Below, piece after piece: positions 10,792 through 24,041 of a DNA stretch of 64,000 bases. A program made the translations under genes and the position numbers. Location of the stretch: contig CM022665.1 in NCBI GenBank assembly GCA_012295275.1, positions 26,288,001 to 26,352,000 on the forward strand. The letters are read 5' to 3'. How positions within the stretch are numbered: position 1 is the first letter of the stretch; every line of letters starts with the position of its first letter. The stretch comes from Chrysomallon squamiferum. Its lineage: Eukaryota; Animalia; Mollusca. Under the pieces are notes generated by a model. That model saw only the letters and a program-made list of their open reading frames with translations, was not told where the DNA came from and made no database searches.

Positions 10792-13669
10792 GGCAAGAAT
10801 ATCCTTAAAATTCAGATTATGTAAAAAAACAACAAACAAGAAATAACAAAAAAATATCTTTTTTTGGTGAGGATTGAATAAACATAGATGTAAAGGCTGG
10901 TAATACTAGAGGTTAGTTATGAATATTTTTAAAAGAAAATATAGAATGTTCAAAATTTAACTAAAATATATTCAAATAAAAAACTTGATAGGATAAAAGT
11001 AAATTTTTGTTTCTTAGTTTTAAAAAACTTGATACACATTAACATATACATGCATAATTTCATATGTATGTATCTATGTATCTTTGTATCTGATGTGATG
11101 TGAACCATTTTAAAAAAGGAAAAGTAGTACATTTTTTATTTTTTTTATTTGTTTATTATTATCTACATGGTCTTTAAATAATACTTAATTTCTCTCCGAT
11201 ACACATACAATTATTTTTTCAACTGTATTTTATAACACACCTTCTTTGCAAAAGACATATTACTGTTTTTTCAAAGCTGAATGTTAGTGACATTATGGGA
11301 TGTGTTTGTAACTATTTGATGAGCACTACTGAAGCAGGAATAGACTTTTGTTGTTTATATGAGTGACTTCTGACATTTCTAACAACATTCCATACATACA
11401 AGAACAGGCCAAATGCATCAGTGATGAGCATTTTTCTGTTTAAACAGGATACAAGGACTTTTTTTATTTTTTGATCAAGAAACACATATGCTGTAAGCAC
11501 CTCCTGTGTTCCATGTGGAAGTAATTATTATTTTGTATTGTATGAAATCATGTAAAATATTTTTGTTTTGTAGTGTATAAAATTAAAATTAAAATTCTAG
11601 TAACATATTTTTAGATTTATATAAAAATCAGAAATCTATAAAATACTTATTGTAGTGTAGAAAAAACAAAAACAATTAGTGACATCCTTTTTGTATTGTA
11701 AAAAATCAGAAATAAGTCACATGTATTTTGAATTGTACAAAAGCAAAGCAGTAAAATCCCTTTTTGTATTGTGTAAAATCATAAGCTCATAACAAACCTT
11801 TTATCTGTAGAAAATGTTATTATGCTGTGTAACAACAGGAATTTTTTCGTTGTTTTTTTTAGTTTGTTTTTATCTTAATAATAAATCTATAATATGCTTT
11901 TTGTGTTGTATAAAATTAGGAAAATTAATCTTTTGTGTTTTATAAGAAACAAAAACAACAAAAAACCTTCACAAGAACTTATAAATAGTGTAATTCTATA
12001 ATTTATTCATTTAGAAAATCATAAAAGAGCTTGTACAGTACTAAACTGTAGAATATTTAGTTTTATAGACTGTGTGAAATTACATATTTTATAGTGCTTT
12101 TTCATTGAAAAGATGTATAAATTTAGCTTACAAAGACCTTCTAAGTTTTCAAAACATTAACTGTCATTAATTTATTGTATCTGGTATTGAAACTGTAACA
12201 AAGGAAAAAAAAAAAGAAATTATTTTTAGCTCTTAATTAAATAATGAAAATATTTTGTAATAAAAACAACTGTTTCTTAATGACGCCATATTACTTTTGG
12301 AATTCTTTAGAGCTTTGATAACTTATCGTTATGTAATTAGGGTGCTAATTAAATACTTTGTTAGTAGCTGATATTATTTAAATCCTTAAACATTAAAAGC
12401 CCGAATTAGTAACCCTCATTAACTGATTCAATCAAAAAAGTGATAAATAATTATGGCACACATTTTGTTTTATCATTAACTCTTTCCATTTTAGTTCTTA
12501 AAATGTCTAAAACTTTGATGTTTTACTTGCTCCTAGGTCATCTAAATATTCTTTAATATACATGTCATTTTTACTCTACGATGTTATCATATACAAAGAA
12601 ATATAAATAAAAACTCATTAAGTGTGGTGTAGTAAGTAAAAACACATTCCCATTAAACTTTAATTAAACTGATGGAGACTATCTTTAATTTCTGTTTTAG
12701 TAAATGTCACCCAACAATGAAACTACCTAAGTTTTGATGTCTCAACATCCTTTTAATCTTTATATTTAGTTGTACATCACAATTATGATAATTATTCATT
12801 CATTTTTATGTTAAAATTTATTAAGAAAATAATCTACAGACATCCTTTAAAATTTTATCTTTACAGAGTGATAAATCAGTTTTTATTAACTGTTTCTTTA
12901 AGGATGAAATTACAATATTATTAAGGAAAATCTTATTTTAGACATATTGTTTAAAAATATCTATTGGTTATTTTTGAAGAGTGAAGTTAAATCTGTGAAT
13001 ATAAAGCTTTCAGCTGATTTAAAGAAGTTTTGGAAATTTAATAATGATAATTAAATAAAAGTAAATAGAAAATTAAATTTAAAAAATTAGTTTTTATTCA
13101 TTATATTTATTATTTCTCTGTGTACAATTTTTTTATATTTTTAAATATATTTTTTATAAAGAATGCATCTGTTAATCACCTCCACTGCAATAATAAAATA
13201 AATGTATCTGTATTCATATATTTAGAAAACTTATCTTTTAGCAGATTTTAATAGCAGATTTTAAAAGAAAAACACGCTTGCAAAAACTACAATTAAAAAC
13301 TCTGTATATTTCTTTTGGCAGCCATCATGATTTAATTTATATGTAGAGTATTTTAAATTAATATTTAATGTAAAAAAATTAAAATTAAATAAAATACAAA
13401 ACATCCTTTGAAAAATATTTTCCTCCTCCTCCTTTTTTTTTTAAAACGTTTTCTTTGAGATATCCATAACTATTTTTTTTATCCCAACACTGCATACACC
13501 ATTTTCAAAACATAAAATATTTTTATTTCTCTATATCTGATTATGAAAATGTCTAATGTTACAATATTTGAAAAGTGTCAACATAATCTGAAGATTTTCT
13601 CATGATTAAAAATCATATCTGGCTGCCATGTTTTCCTTTCATGTGTTACGCTGACATTCTACACTCCAG

Positions 13670-13796
13670 CGAGGATTTGGTGTGTATCAGTTCGAATGCT
13701 TGAGTAATTTGTTCCGTCTCTCTGGATTTCCACATCACTGCATTTTGTTATCAGATATTCTGATCCCAAATGTTTCTCAGTATCCAAGCTTATGAG
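13670..13796 (+). other. Candidate non-coding exon
   Basis: Acceptor CTGACATTCTACACTCCAG|, several CpGs, weak donor GAG|GTTAAA. Confidence 0.3.
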
Positions 13797-14123
13797 GTTA
13801 AAAAAATAATAATAACAAGATAAATCATATTTTACACACAGTAATTATTATGTGCAAATATTCCACTTCAGTAAGGTCTTATATAAGAAATTGTACTACT
13901 GGGAAAACTGACAAAGTAAAAAAATGTTTCCTGTATAGGAGAATGTTTGTTCTTCATGTATGCGTGAACATATCTGCATGTATATACAGATGTTCATGTT
14001 AATGCATATGCCTTTGTTCTTTGTATGTATATGTGCTTATGAAAGCATATGTATGTGTTTGTCTGTTTATGAATCCATGTGTAATATGTTAGTATGTGTT
14101 AATGTATGTTGATGTTTGTAGTA

Positions 14124-14127
<4 letters not shown>

Positions 14128-14164
<37 letters not shown>
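14128..14164 (+). repeat. (TG)n microsatellite in a TG-rich low-complexity block
   Basis: Directly visible. Confidence 0.95.
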
Positions 14165-14166
<2 letters not shown>

Positions 14167-14565
14167 ATTTGTATATTTAAATATATCTATATTTGTTTCT
14201 ATGTGTGTCTTTATGCATGTGTGCTTTTGTGTATATTTAAATATATGTATATTTGTGCATGTTTGTTTGTACATGGTATCTTCTTGTCAAGGATGTTTCC
14301 ACAATATTTTAAAGTAGGAACAAAATATGGAATGTCTCAACAACTTTTTAGATGAAAAATAAATACTTAATAAAAAATTATAAATAGATTAAAAACACAA
14401 AACATCAAATCTTTGTCCGGTATCAGACCAATCAATAATTTTCAAGCCAGTTTTCATAACAATGAAATTAACAGGAACAGTCTGATACTTGTATCATATC
14501 TTTCGAATCATACAGTCAAAATTATGTGTATGTTTATCTGTATGGTCTCTGTGTATATTGTATAT

Positions 14566-14603
<38 letters not shown>

Positions 14604-15169
14604 GTATATATGTGTGCATTTTATTTTAATTTGCACATATTAGTCTGGTATATACAGTGCAGTACACGTTTCCATATTCAGTATCAAACTGTTATTGATT
14701 TATGAGCACATTTATATGACTTCTATTGATACATTAGGGATCACATCTGTTTATTTAATAAAAACAGTACTTAAATAAATGCTCCTCTGACAGTTCCTAA
14801 TAGCTTATTCACTTTTAGTTGACAGAACACAGAATTTTCATTACAAATTCCCTTGCTTTTCATGCCTCTCATAAAATTTTGATTATGAATCTTTAATCTG
14901 ATAATTTATTATTTACAAACCACACAAACCCTTTGTTAAAATATTATTTAAATAGACTTTGCAGAGGAACTGGGCTTGCCTAGTAGCTGGCTTGCCTCTT
15001 GGGTACTGCTGGAGTATTTCCTATACTGACAATACTCCATAACGTGTGAACCAAAATCTGCAGTTTTATTATGAAAAATAAAATAACAAATACTACTGAT
15101 AACTAGGTATGAAACCAAAAGAAACATAGGGGGAAAAAATGAAAGAATAAAAAATTAATTAAAAAAGAA

Positions 15170-15365
15170 AGACTGAAAGAAAGAAAAAAGGAAAGAATGA
15201 ATATTTGATGAACAACATATTTTAATATTAATGGCACTAACTTTCAAACATATTGTTTTTGTGTAATAATGATACAAGAAAGGAAACCTGCACCATATAG
15301 TCCATGTGCAGTTCTTACTGATTAGCAGCAAATTATTCTTTATATATACCTTCCCATGAATAGGT
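15170..15365 (-). mobile_element. Decayed Meta/MESC-type SINE, 3' half, antisense
   Basis: AGGAAACCTGC…TACTGATTAGCAGCAAA…TTTATATATACCTTCCCA matches the reverse complement of the recalled Meta core; the same motif recurs at 57325-57400. GAAA-rich tail. Confidence 0.7.
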
Positions 15366-16409
15366 GCAAATCATATAACAAATAAATGAATGAATATTTT
15401 ATAATAACACCTTAAGACATTTCATTTATACCTTCCCATAGATAGGCATGTAATATGACAGTGAATACACCTTAATAGATTTTTTTTTTTTACCTTCACA
15501 TTGACAGGAATGTGTATTTGACAACTACAAAAATTTAACATTTTATTTATACCTTCTGGACTGTAAAAAAAGGAAAAAGTTAAAAAAAAAAAAGAAAACA
15601 TTAATTACCATACAGCATATTAAGCAATATAATGAAATGTTACCAAATGAAATATCGTCTTTTTTTTTTTATCTCTCTCTTTCTGTGGCTTTCATTACTT
15701 AGATAATTACACAAGCTCTGTTATCAGGCTATGTTCAAAAAGCTTACAAAACACGAAAGAAAAAAAAAGAAGAAGAAGAAGAAATGAAAGAATAAAGATT
15801 TTATGTCTACTGCTTATCATTAAAGAAAAAAAATATACTTGGCATCTTCAGAATGCCATCTGTTTTTATTAGGCATGTCTGACAGTATCAGGTTTCTGTG
15901 AGTGTACAGTTTAATGCAGTGCGTGTTTGTAAAACGCCATTTCTGTCATGTTTCGTTTAACTCCTACCTTCACTAACCTATGTTCTATTGCTCATAATTA
16001 GCCAAATCTTGCAGAAAATACACAACAGATGATGTATGTTACACAGACTGAACATTCTCATTGCACTGCTGGGTGTGAAAAAAAAAAATAATACCTACCA
16101 AGTACTTCATTATCTCCATGTTATATTAATCTGAAGATTTATTGTGTGAGATAATGTAGAGAAATAAAAAGTGATTTATATGTATATATACATGTCAGTG
16201 TTTCATAGTAAAAATTATTTTTAGGGAATATCAGTTTTGGTTGTGGCTTATGATATATATATATATATTTTATATTTTTTAGTAAAATGGATATTTCTAA
16301 ATACGTGTTTAAATCTGGATTTGATACATACATACACACAAACGGCTTGGTTATGTAATAGTATCTAAATAATCAAATTTATATATGTTGTTTGGTTTCT
16401 TCAACAACC

Positions 16410-16755
16410 TGGCTGAAGGTCAGTGGTTGAAGCATCAGAGTTGAGGTGTGATGGGTTGTAGGATCAGTTCTCATTAGTTTTTACATTACATTATTTTCCT
16501 AAACAAAGCAGTGCCACATAACTGATTTATGAAAAGCCATAGTACATGCTTTCCTGTACGTGATAAGGTGCATATAAAATATATTTTTGCTGTTAACCAC
16601 CAAAAGGAAATACATGTTTCCAATCACATAGCTAGAACTGGTTTCCTGTCTCAGTATATATCTGTGTGTGTGTGTGTGTGTGTGTGTGTTATAAAACCAT
16701 AGATTAAAGATTAAAAGTGTGCAGTGTTAAATAAAAATCATTTTCCTTTCTTACT
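16410..16755 (+). mobile_element. Near full-length decayed tRNA-derived Meta/MESC-type SINE
   Basis: tRNA-like head (CAGTGGTTGAAGC…AGGATC), core GGTGCATATAAAA…TTGCTGTTAA, GGTTTCCTGTCTCA, and 3' end GTGTTAAATAAAAATCATTTTCCTTTCTT. Similarity is to a gastropod SINE consensus recalled from memory. Confidence 0.75.
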
Positions 16756-16941
16756 TCTGTAAAACTAGTAAAGGTGTTGACTTTGGCATGGCATCCAGCA
16801 GTATAGATTCTGTGTCAGTGTCAGTTACACCTGAGTAATCTGCAGTGAACGCAATATGTGGTAGCAGATAAGTACATTGCTAAATGTATCAGTGTTTAAA
16901 CTTGTCTTGCAGCTTCATGGCTAAAAAGTAGTAGGGATGAT

Positions 16942-17200
16942 AGAGTTTTGTCTAAGGAGTGGTAGGAATCATAGGCTTTTTGGGTGTCCCTCCTTAATGC
17001 AGAGCTTTGTCTAAGACCTGGTATAAGCCATAGCCTCTAAGGGTGTCCCTGTTTAATGGTAGAGTTTTGACTAAGGATTGGTAGGAGTCATAGGTTCTAT
17101 TTCCTTTGTGGTAGGAAACTATCTAAAGTAGAAGAGTTAGGGTTTATATCTTTGCGATAGAAAACTTGTCTAAAGGAATTGTAAGGCTTTGTGGCTCTGT
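16942..17200 (+). repeat. ~59-60-bp degenerate minisatellite (AGAGTTTTGTCTAAGGA…GGTAGGAATCATAGG…GGGTGTCCCT)
   Basis: Units at 16942, 17001 and 17061, then decaying copies. Confidence 0.8.
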
Positions 17201-17602
17201 ACCTGTTTAAGGAATAGAGGAGTTTTAAGATATATCTCCTCTGAAAAGTTCATTGGATGGTGATAGATCATATGGTCTAAATCCCCAGTACTTATATATC
17301 AATGTCTATGGTTATATGCCTGTTCAAGAGAAATACATATTTTAGTATCTATTACTGCTAAGTGGTAAGTATAACCCATAAAATGTTGGTGGTCTTCTGT
17401 CATGGTACTGTTACAAAATAACCAGAGTGACACTAACAGCTATGAACAAGAAAATATTTTCACATTTATACATTCATTTGCTAAGCAATGTTTTTGATAG
17501 TATCTGGTACTGATTTGCAACATAAAAATAAGAGACAGATGCAAGATTTAGGTAAAGGTGAAAAAAATATATATCAGTTTGCAAATATTTGTCAGTGTCA
17601 GT

Positions 17603-17634
<32 letters not shown>

Positions 17635-19544
17635 GCCATGTGTACCCTACATAAGCTGAATCTCAATCAGTTTTTACTTATTATTAGTGTTAACTATGAA
17701 ACAAAATTCAGTGTGTGTGTGTGGGTGTGTGGGATAAACAGAGAGGGTGTTTGTACTATGCCAACATTTTTATAGTCTACTTTTATCCATATCCTACCTT
17801 AGTATGAAGTCAAAGACATTTGACACTTTAACTATTTTTTAACATAATACTCAGTTCTCATAAACAACACAAAATTATTAAGTTATCTTTTCAGAAATAA
17901 AAAACTCAGTCTTTCTTTACCAGATTAATAACTTTATGTGGGGTTGTGTACAGTGACAAGCTAGCCAGACTGTTAGGATGGTCTTGATAAATCAGTACGT
18001 GTATACTACAGTATCTTGTATAGTGTAGTTTTGCTGTAACATGCCTTTGAGTTAGAAACTGTTATGACAGGTCTGAATTGCGGTAGGTAACAGATAATTC
18101 AATATTTATTCTGGTATCTGCCCCTGGTAAGAAACTGCATTCCCTGTGCATATAGGTTAAAGATGGTCCTGAAATTTATCACATTACAAAACACCTTCTC
18201 ATGGACAGGTCTATAGCATCTACCCCCCTCATTTTCAATTACTAGGCCCTTACCTCACTCTAGTTTCCAATCACTGCTGTATAGTAAATGCCTTTTTACA
18301 TGATCATTCATTTAACAGAATTCGTTTTTCATCCCACTGAACACAGAGCTACCCAGTCTACTTAAATTTTTAATCAGATGATTTCATTAGAGCAGTTAGC
18401 AAACACAGCTTGTTTGTACTTTTATTCTCTCATCTTAACAACAAATTCTATTGCTTAATTAGTACTGAATTACCTCAACACTTAAAATAAAAAATGTTTT
18501 ATTCTCAAACAGTGATGTCCCTTGGGAGAGACCAAATATGTTTGTTTTAGCGTAATTAAATTGCCTTTTCTCTTCTTTTAAATATATATACATGTTTATA
18601 TTTATATATAAAGAATCAGTGTTTACAGATTTGAACTTAGAAGCCAGGACAGACAAGGTGTGTTGTTTTGTTGGCAATTAATTGTATGGCAAAAGCACCA
18701 AGTTACTACCAGAACTTCTTAATAATTTATGAACATATTTTATTACCAGCAGAAGATAAATCACTGCTTTGATTCTTGTCAGGTCAAAACAAAACAAAAA
18801 ATCTTTTGTGCATTGCATTGAAAACTGGCTTTATATTTACACAAGGTAAAGCTTTTATTGCTCAAATGTAGACAATGGTCCTGGTGCAGTCATTTCAAAA
18901 TGGAAGAATATAATGCTTAATATAGTTGTGTTGGTGTATATGAGAATCATGTGTGTGTGTGTGTGTATTCATGTGCATGAATGTGTGTGAATATGTATGT
19001 GTGTCTGTCTGTCTGTCTCTTTGTTTGCATGGAACTTATGTATGTTTGTGCAAGTATTTTTGTATGTGTCGGTAAATATGCATGTTTCTTGATTTTTGGA
19101 TAAATATGTTTCAGATTCTCGATGACTATAGTTCTGATATGTGTGCCTGTGTGTGAATTGTGTGTGGATATGCACATAGTTTCCTGTAAGTGTCTTGTGT
19201 CCTATAATCGTGACATAAAACAGTAATATATTTAACCCAGTATATACTGTACGTTATTACTGATGAAAAATGTCACTAATAATGATCAAACAAATACTTT
19301 TTCATCTTTTTATTTAAGCCCATAATTATATGTGTAATACATAGTAGTCAGTATTCATTTAACTAAAAGCTACCTTAACATATTTGCACTTGAGTAAAAA
19401 GATCAAACATATATTTTATTTAATCTAGATATCAAAGGACTTTAAGTTGACAACTGATGTGTGCACCAATATTTATATTATCCTTGAAAGTGTTGGTGGG
19501 ATAGACATCAGCTTCACTCTGATATTCTTAGAATGACAACAGTG

Positions 19545-19815
19545 AATGAAGGAAAGAACATATGTTTAATGGCATTTTAGTATTTTTATCATTAATTTTA
19601 ATTATGTGTCAAACATTGTTTGTTTATTTATTTTGTAGAACACTGATATGAGAGATAAAACCCAATTCCTCAATTTCATTAACTACTGTTATTGATTAAA
19701 ATCAAGAAACTTTTTTTATATACACCTTCCCTTAAACATGAAATTTTTTATTACAGGTTTGATAAACCTCTGATAAATGATTGGCTGAAATGGGAAATAT
19801 CTCTGTTAGTTCAAT
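19545..19815 (-). mobile_element. Decayed Meta/MESC-type SINE, antisense
   Basis: GAAGGAAAGAACATATGTTTAATG tail, GAGAGATAAAACCC, TTTTATATACACCTTCCC and TGGCTGAAATGGGAAATA occur in the expected order. Confidence 0.6.
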
Positions 19816-21387
19816 ATAAATCACTAAATAAAGATTTGCTTCATGAATTTATAGCCATGGACGATGAATTTTCAAATCTATTGGTTCAAATATTAAAGAA
19901 TTATTAACAAAGTTCTATAATCCTGGCCAGCATGGAATACAATACAAGGCTTGGTTGACTGAAAAAAAACGAAAATCTTTGCTCATAGAATTTAACACAG
20001 ACCAATTGTTAAAACCATCTAATTGATGAGGTCAAAAGAGAAAGGTCCACTTTACCCCAAGGTTCTGGACTGTGTCTTTCCACCCTTTGGTCAGTGATAT
20101 ATTTTATTGTGCTGTGAGACCAGTAATAATTTCAGCTGAGAACATTTAGTGAGAAATGATTAGATGTCCCGATGGCTTCTGTCAGTGTCGGAATCATTAT
20201 CGCTGTTAGGCTTTTATAGATATTTCATTTCTTTATCACAAGACATGTCATTTCTCTTGAGTGTGTGTGTATCACTGGCTGTGGGCTGTGGGCTGTCTAA
20301 CTGTGATTTGTCACTGACTAGACTCAGATAACTCTTGCCTGCAAGACATACAGCTACCGATAGTCACTAATACACAATCTCAACATAAATAAAACCTAAA
20401 TCTTGTATACCAGTTATTTCCTGGAGTAAAGTGGTGTAAGTAAAAGTCATCCTATTAGTAATTACACCTTTTGAGTTGAAGCATCTTTGAGTATAATGTT
20501 AAAAAGTTCAGTCAACAACAATCCCAAATCTTTATTTAAATGAAACTCATTCCATGAGTATAGTCACCAGAGTTAGTCCCTGTCCAGCAGTGAAAAGGTA
20601 AGATATAAAAACAGATTAATCTTTAATTCAAAACTCATTAAATAAGTTTAGTTCCCAGTGTCAGTAAAAAGATAAGATACAAAAAATGCATTAATCTTCA
20701 ATTTCGGTATACATTATTTATTAAATAAAAGTAAATCATTTTATCTTCTGCTACAATCCTTGCCATCTTTTTCACTATTGTGAGAAGTAAAAAAACATTT
20801 TAAAAAAGGAAAAAAAACATCTTAATAGAAACTAATTTATTGTATCTATATAAATAAAACTTATACTGTAATATTTTCCAGTATATTTTATGTCCAAAAG
20901 TATAATTATAAATTGTTTTTTTAAAAACACTGAAATTTACAATCAAGAGAAAAACTTTAACAGTTTTGTAAAGATAAAATTTACATGTAGTGTACCTTCT
21001 TTTTATATATTTTTTTTTAGTATTTTTATTTTTCATTAAGCTCAATTTTACTGCATATTTACGTTTGTTTGTGTGAAGTATGGTTCTTTGAGTGTGAGCA
21101 TTTAAAGAATGCTTTGCTTTGCCTTTCAAACTTTGATTTCTGCCATATGCACAGTCACTCAGCTTTCTCTATTTCCTGTGAATAAAAATATCTTTTCTGC
21201 AAATAACATTCTCTGGATTAATCAGTATAGTGGGACCATGGCCATTAGACAGCAGTTTGAAAGAGAAATTTGTGTGCATGCATAGATATTTTTGATTTAA
21301 TGTCACTTGAAAAATTTGAGGCTTTCTTTTGTGATGATTTCAGAAAGCGAAATATTTCACTGAGCAATTTTCAGATCTTTAGTCCTA

Positions 21388-21720
21388 AACTGTGAGACAA
21401 TTAAGTTAAAAAATGTCTTGTAATCTGTGAGATAGTAATACAGTAATATACAGTGAGGTAGTCTCACAGGTGTTATGTATATTATGTGACTCTCATACAA
21501 ATGTATTCTGTGAGATAGTTATGTAGATGGTATACATACTGTGAGACAGACATACAGAAGTTATCTATACTGTGAGACACTCATGTACATGTAATGTTTT
21601 CTTTGAGATATGGATTCTGTGAGATAGTCACATGGTGATAAGATAGTCACATAGATATTTTATGAAGTAAGATATTCATGCATATATAGTCATAAGGAAC
21701 AGAAATACTGTAAGAGCCAT
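21388..21720 (+). repeat. Degenerate minisatellite built on CTGTGAGATAGT
   Basis: CTGTGAGA[T/C]A recurs irregularly about every 30-40 bp. Confidence 0.7.
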
Positions 21721-21914
21721 ACTGGGATGAAGGAAATCATGAAAAATATATGTGATGTTATTTAATCTGAGTGATGGTTTTGGAAAGATCTTACAGATTT
21801 AAAACAATGATTTATTTATGATAAAAACAGTCTGTTATAATCTGACTCTTTTTTCAACATCTAGATTCTGTGCATATTTCAGTGCACACAAGGTGACACA
21901 TGATAGAATTAATA

Positions 21915-22560
21915 CAGTGGTAGAAATAATAGCTGAAATAGTAGCAGTAGAAGAAATTGTAAAATTGTAAAAAAAAAATATGAAAAAGCTTAAGAAGTAG
22001 TAGTAGAAGAAATAATAATAATAGAAGTGTTTGAATTAATAGTAGAATCAGAAGTAATGGAAGTAGAAAAATGCTTACAGTAGAGGTACTGATGGTAGAA
22101 ACAGTGGTAACGGTAGACGTAGTAGTAGAAGTAGAAATAGGAGTAGAATCAGAAGTAATAAAAGTAGAAGAAATAGTAATAAAATATAAGTGGTAGTGAC
22201 AGAAATAGTAACAGAAGTTGTAGTAAGAGCAGAACTAGCAGGAGTAAAATTGTTAGTAACAGCCGAATTAGTAGTAGCAGAAACAGAAGCAGAAGAAAGA
22301 GAAATATTAGTAGAAGTGCTAGTGATAGAAATGATAGTAGTAGTTGAAGTAGTAGCTGTAGAAACAGTAGTAACAGTAATATTAGTAGAACTAGTAGTAA
22401 TAACATGAAGTAGAAGAAATAGTAGAAGTGTAGTAGAAATGGAAGTAACAGCAGAACCTAATAGTAAAACGTTCATTTATAGTAGAAGTAGTAGTAGTTA
22501 TAGTAGAAACAAGTAATAGAAGTGGAAGAAATAGTAGCAATAGTAGAAGCAGCCATAATA
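21915..22560 (+). repeat. Purine-rich (AGT/AGA/AGC)n cryptic trinucleotide tract
   Basis: Directly visible; source of spurious poly-V/T/L ORFs. Confidence 0.9.
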
Positions 22561-23761
22561 ATAATAAATAGAAATAAATTTAAAAAAAAAATAGAAAAGT
22601 TTAGACCTCATTATTAAAAATAACAAAAATAATAATTATTTTCTCTTTGCATATATGTCAGTGTTAATAATATTCTGTTCAGTTCTCCTGTTTTAATAAT
22701 TAGCTGTTAAGAAGTGATTACAAGTGCTATAGATGTACCAAACTATCTGTACCCTGCTGTTACACAACTGTGAAACACATTGAGTTGAAGTAGAAAGACA
22801 TCCATGTTATTTGTATGCAGGAAAAGGGCAATACAAATACCATTGTTGTTTGGCATCACAGAGAGTACTCACAGTACCAACATGTTTAAACAGACTGCGC
22901 TAGTGTAGAAAAATAATGGTGACCTTTTATTTTTTTGTGAAGATGATGGTCAATTGTTTTTATGTTTGGTGGCCTTTGATATCTGGTCATCTGTAAAGTA
23001 CTTCAGACATGGTATTTCTTTCAGGACTGATTGTTTTAAAAACTGTTTTATATGTATAGTGTTTTAGGTAAGTGAAATATAATGGCATTTAATAAGCATC
23101 ACTGAGCTAAGCTTTTAACTCACTTTGGTGGTGCTCATGTCAGCATATGTGTTTGTTTCTGCTTGTGTTTGCATATTGGAATGTGTATGGATATATTTAT
23201 CTATCTATCTATTTATCTATTTTAAAAATGTTATAATAATAGTGATGGTTTAAATGACATTGCAAAACTTCTCTGTTTGTACAAATGTTTCACTGCTGAA
23301 CAATGATTACATTTGTTAAAAATGTTTAAAAGATTACGAACCTAAGTGTTCTCTCTCTCTCTTTTTTCTAACATATCTGTTTGGGTGTTTGTGTGAGGCC
23401 ATGCTATGAACCTCAAGGCATGTAGTTATCCCATCTTCACTTAAGGTGCTGCAATCCACATATAATTGGAAAGCTTTAATGCATTACGCCAGCTTTTCTC
23501 TGACTCTGATCCTCAGTGTACTAATCTAAAACTGAGCTCATCTGCTATGGTCCCAAGGCAGATGACTTTTATCAAAGCTTTATTTAACAAGCATGTTTAA
23601 AATCTTGCAGTTTCCTCAGAAACCTATTCTTGTTATTTATTTATTTATATATATATTTTTTTTATACCTTTCACAATAATGTCCAGCCTGACTAGTTCAC
23701 TGTATTTGAAAGATAATATTTTTTAATACAAATATAAAATATATTTAGAATTAACAATCAA

Positions 23762-23794
<33 letters not shown>

Positions 23795-23984
23795 GTGATG
23801 AAAATTTGTCTTCTTACTTAAATTACTGCTAATACTTTAATCTATTTAAAACTTGAGAGTAACTTTTATATGATGTTTTTACCTGCCAGTTATATTTTAT
23901 GTTTCCCAAACTATATTTACTAAGTCTCATGATGCATCTATGCTTTGTTACACTATATATATATATACCAGCCTCTTGTTGCAG

Positions 23985-24041
23985 TAGATAAGCCATCAAT
24001 GTTAATGACTGAAAGAAGATCACCTCTCTGTACTTGGTGAG
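23985..24041 (+). other. Candidate 57-nt 5'UTR exon containing a uORF (MLMTERRSPLCTW*)
   Basis: CCTCTTGTTGCAG|TAG NAGNAG acceptor; GAG|GTAAGG donor; alternative donor TTG|GTGAGG. Confidence 0.4.

Noticed and set aside
13645-13695. Possible miRNA-like hairpin
   Set aside because: Pairing is short and irregular, and it matches no conserved lophotrochozoan miRNA I recall; better explained as an acceptor region.
22075-22476. 133-aa Thr/Ser-rich ORF resembling a mucin, and overlapping poly-Leu/Val ORFs
   Set aside because: Translations of a cryptic trinucleotide tract open in several frames and strands; no splice or start context.
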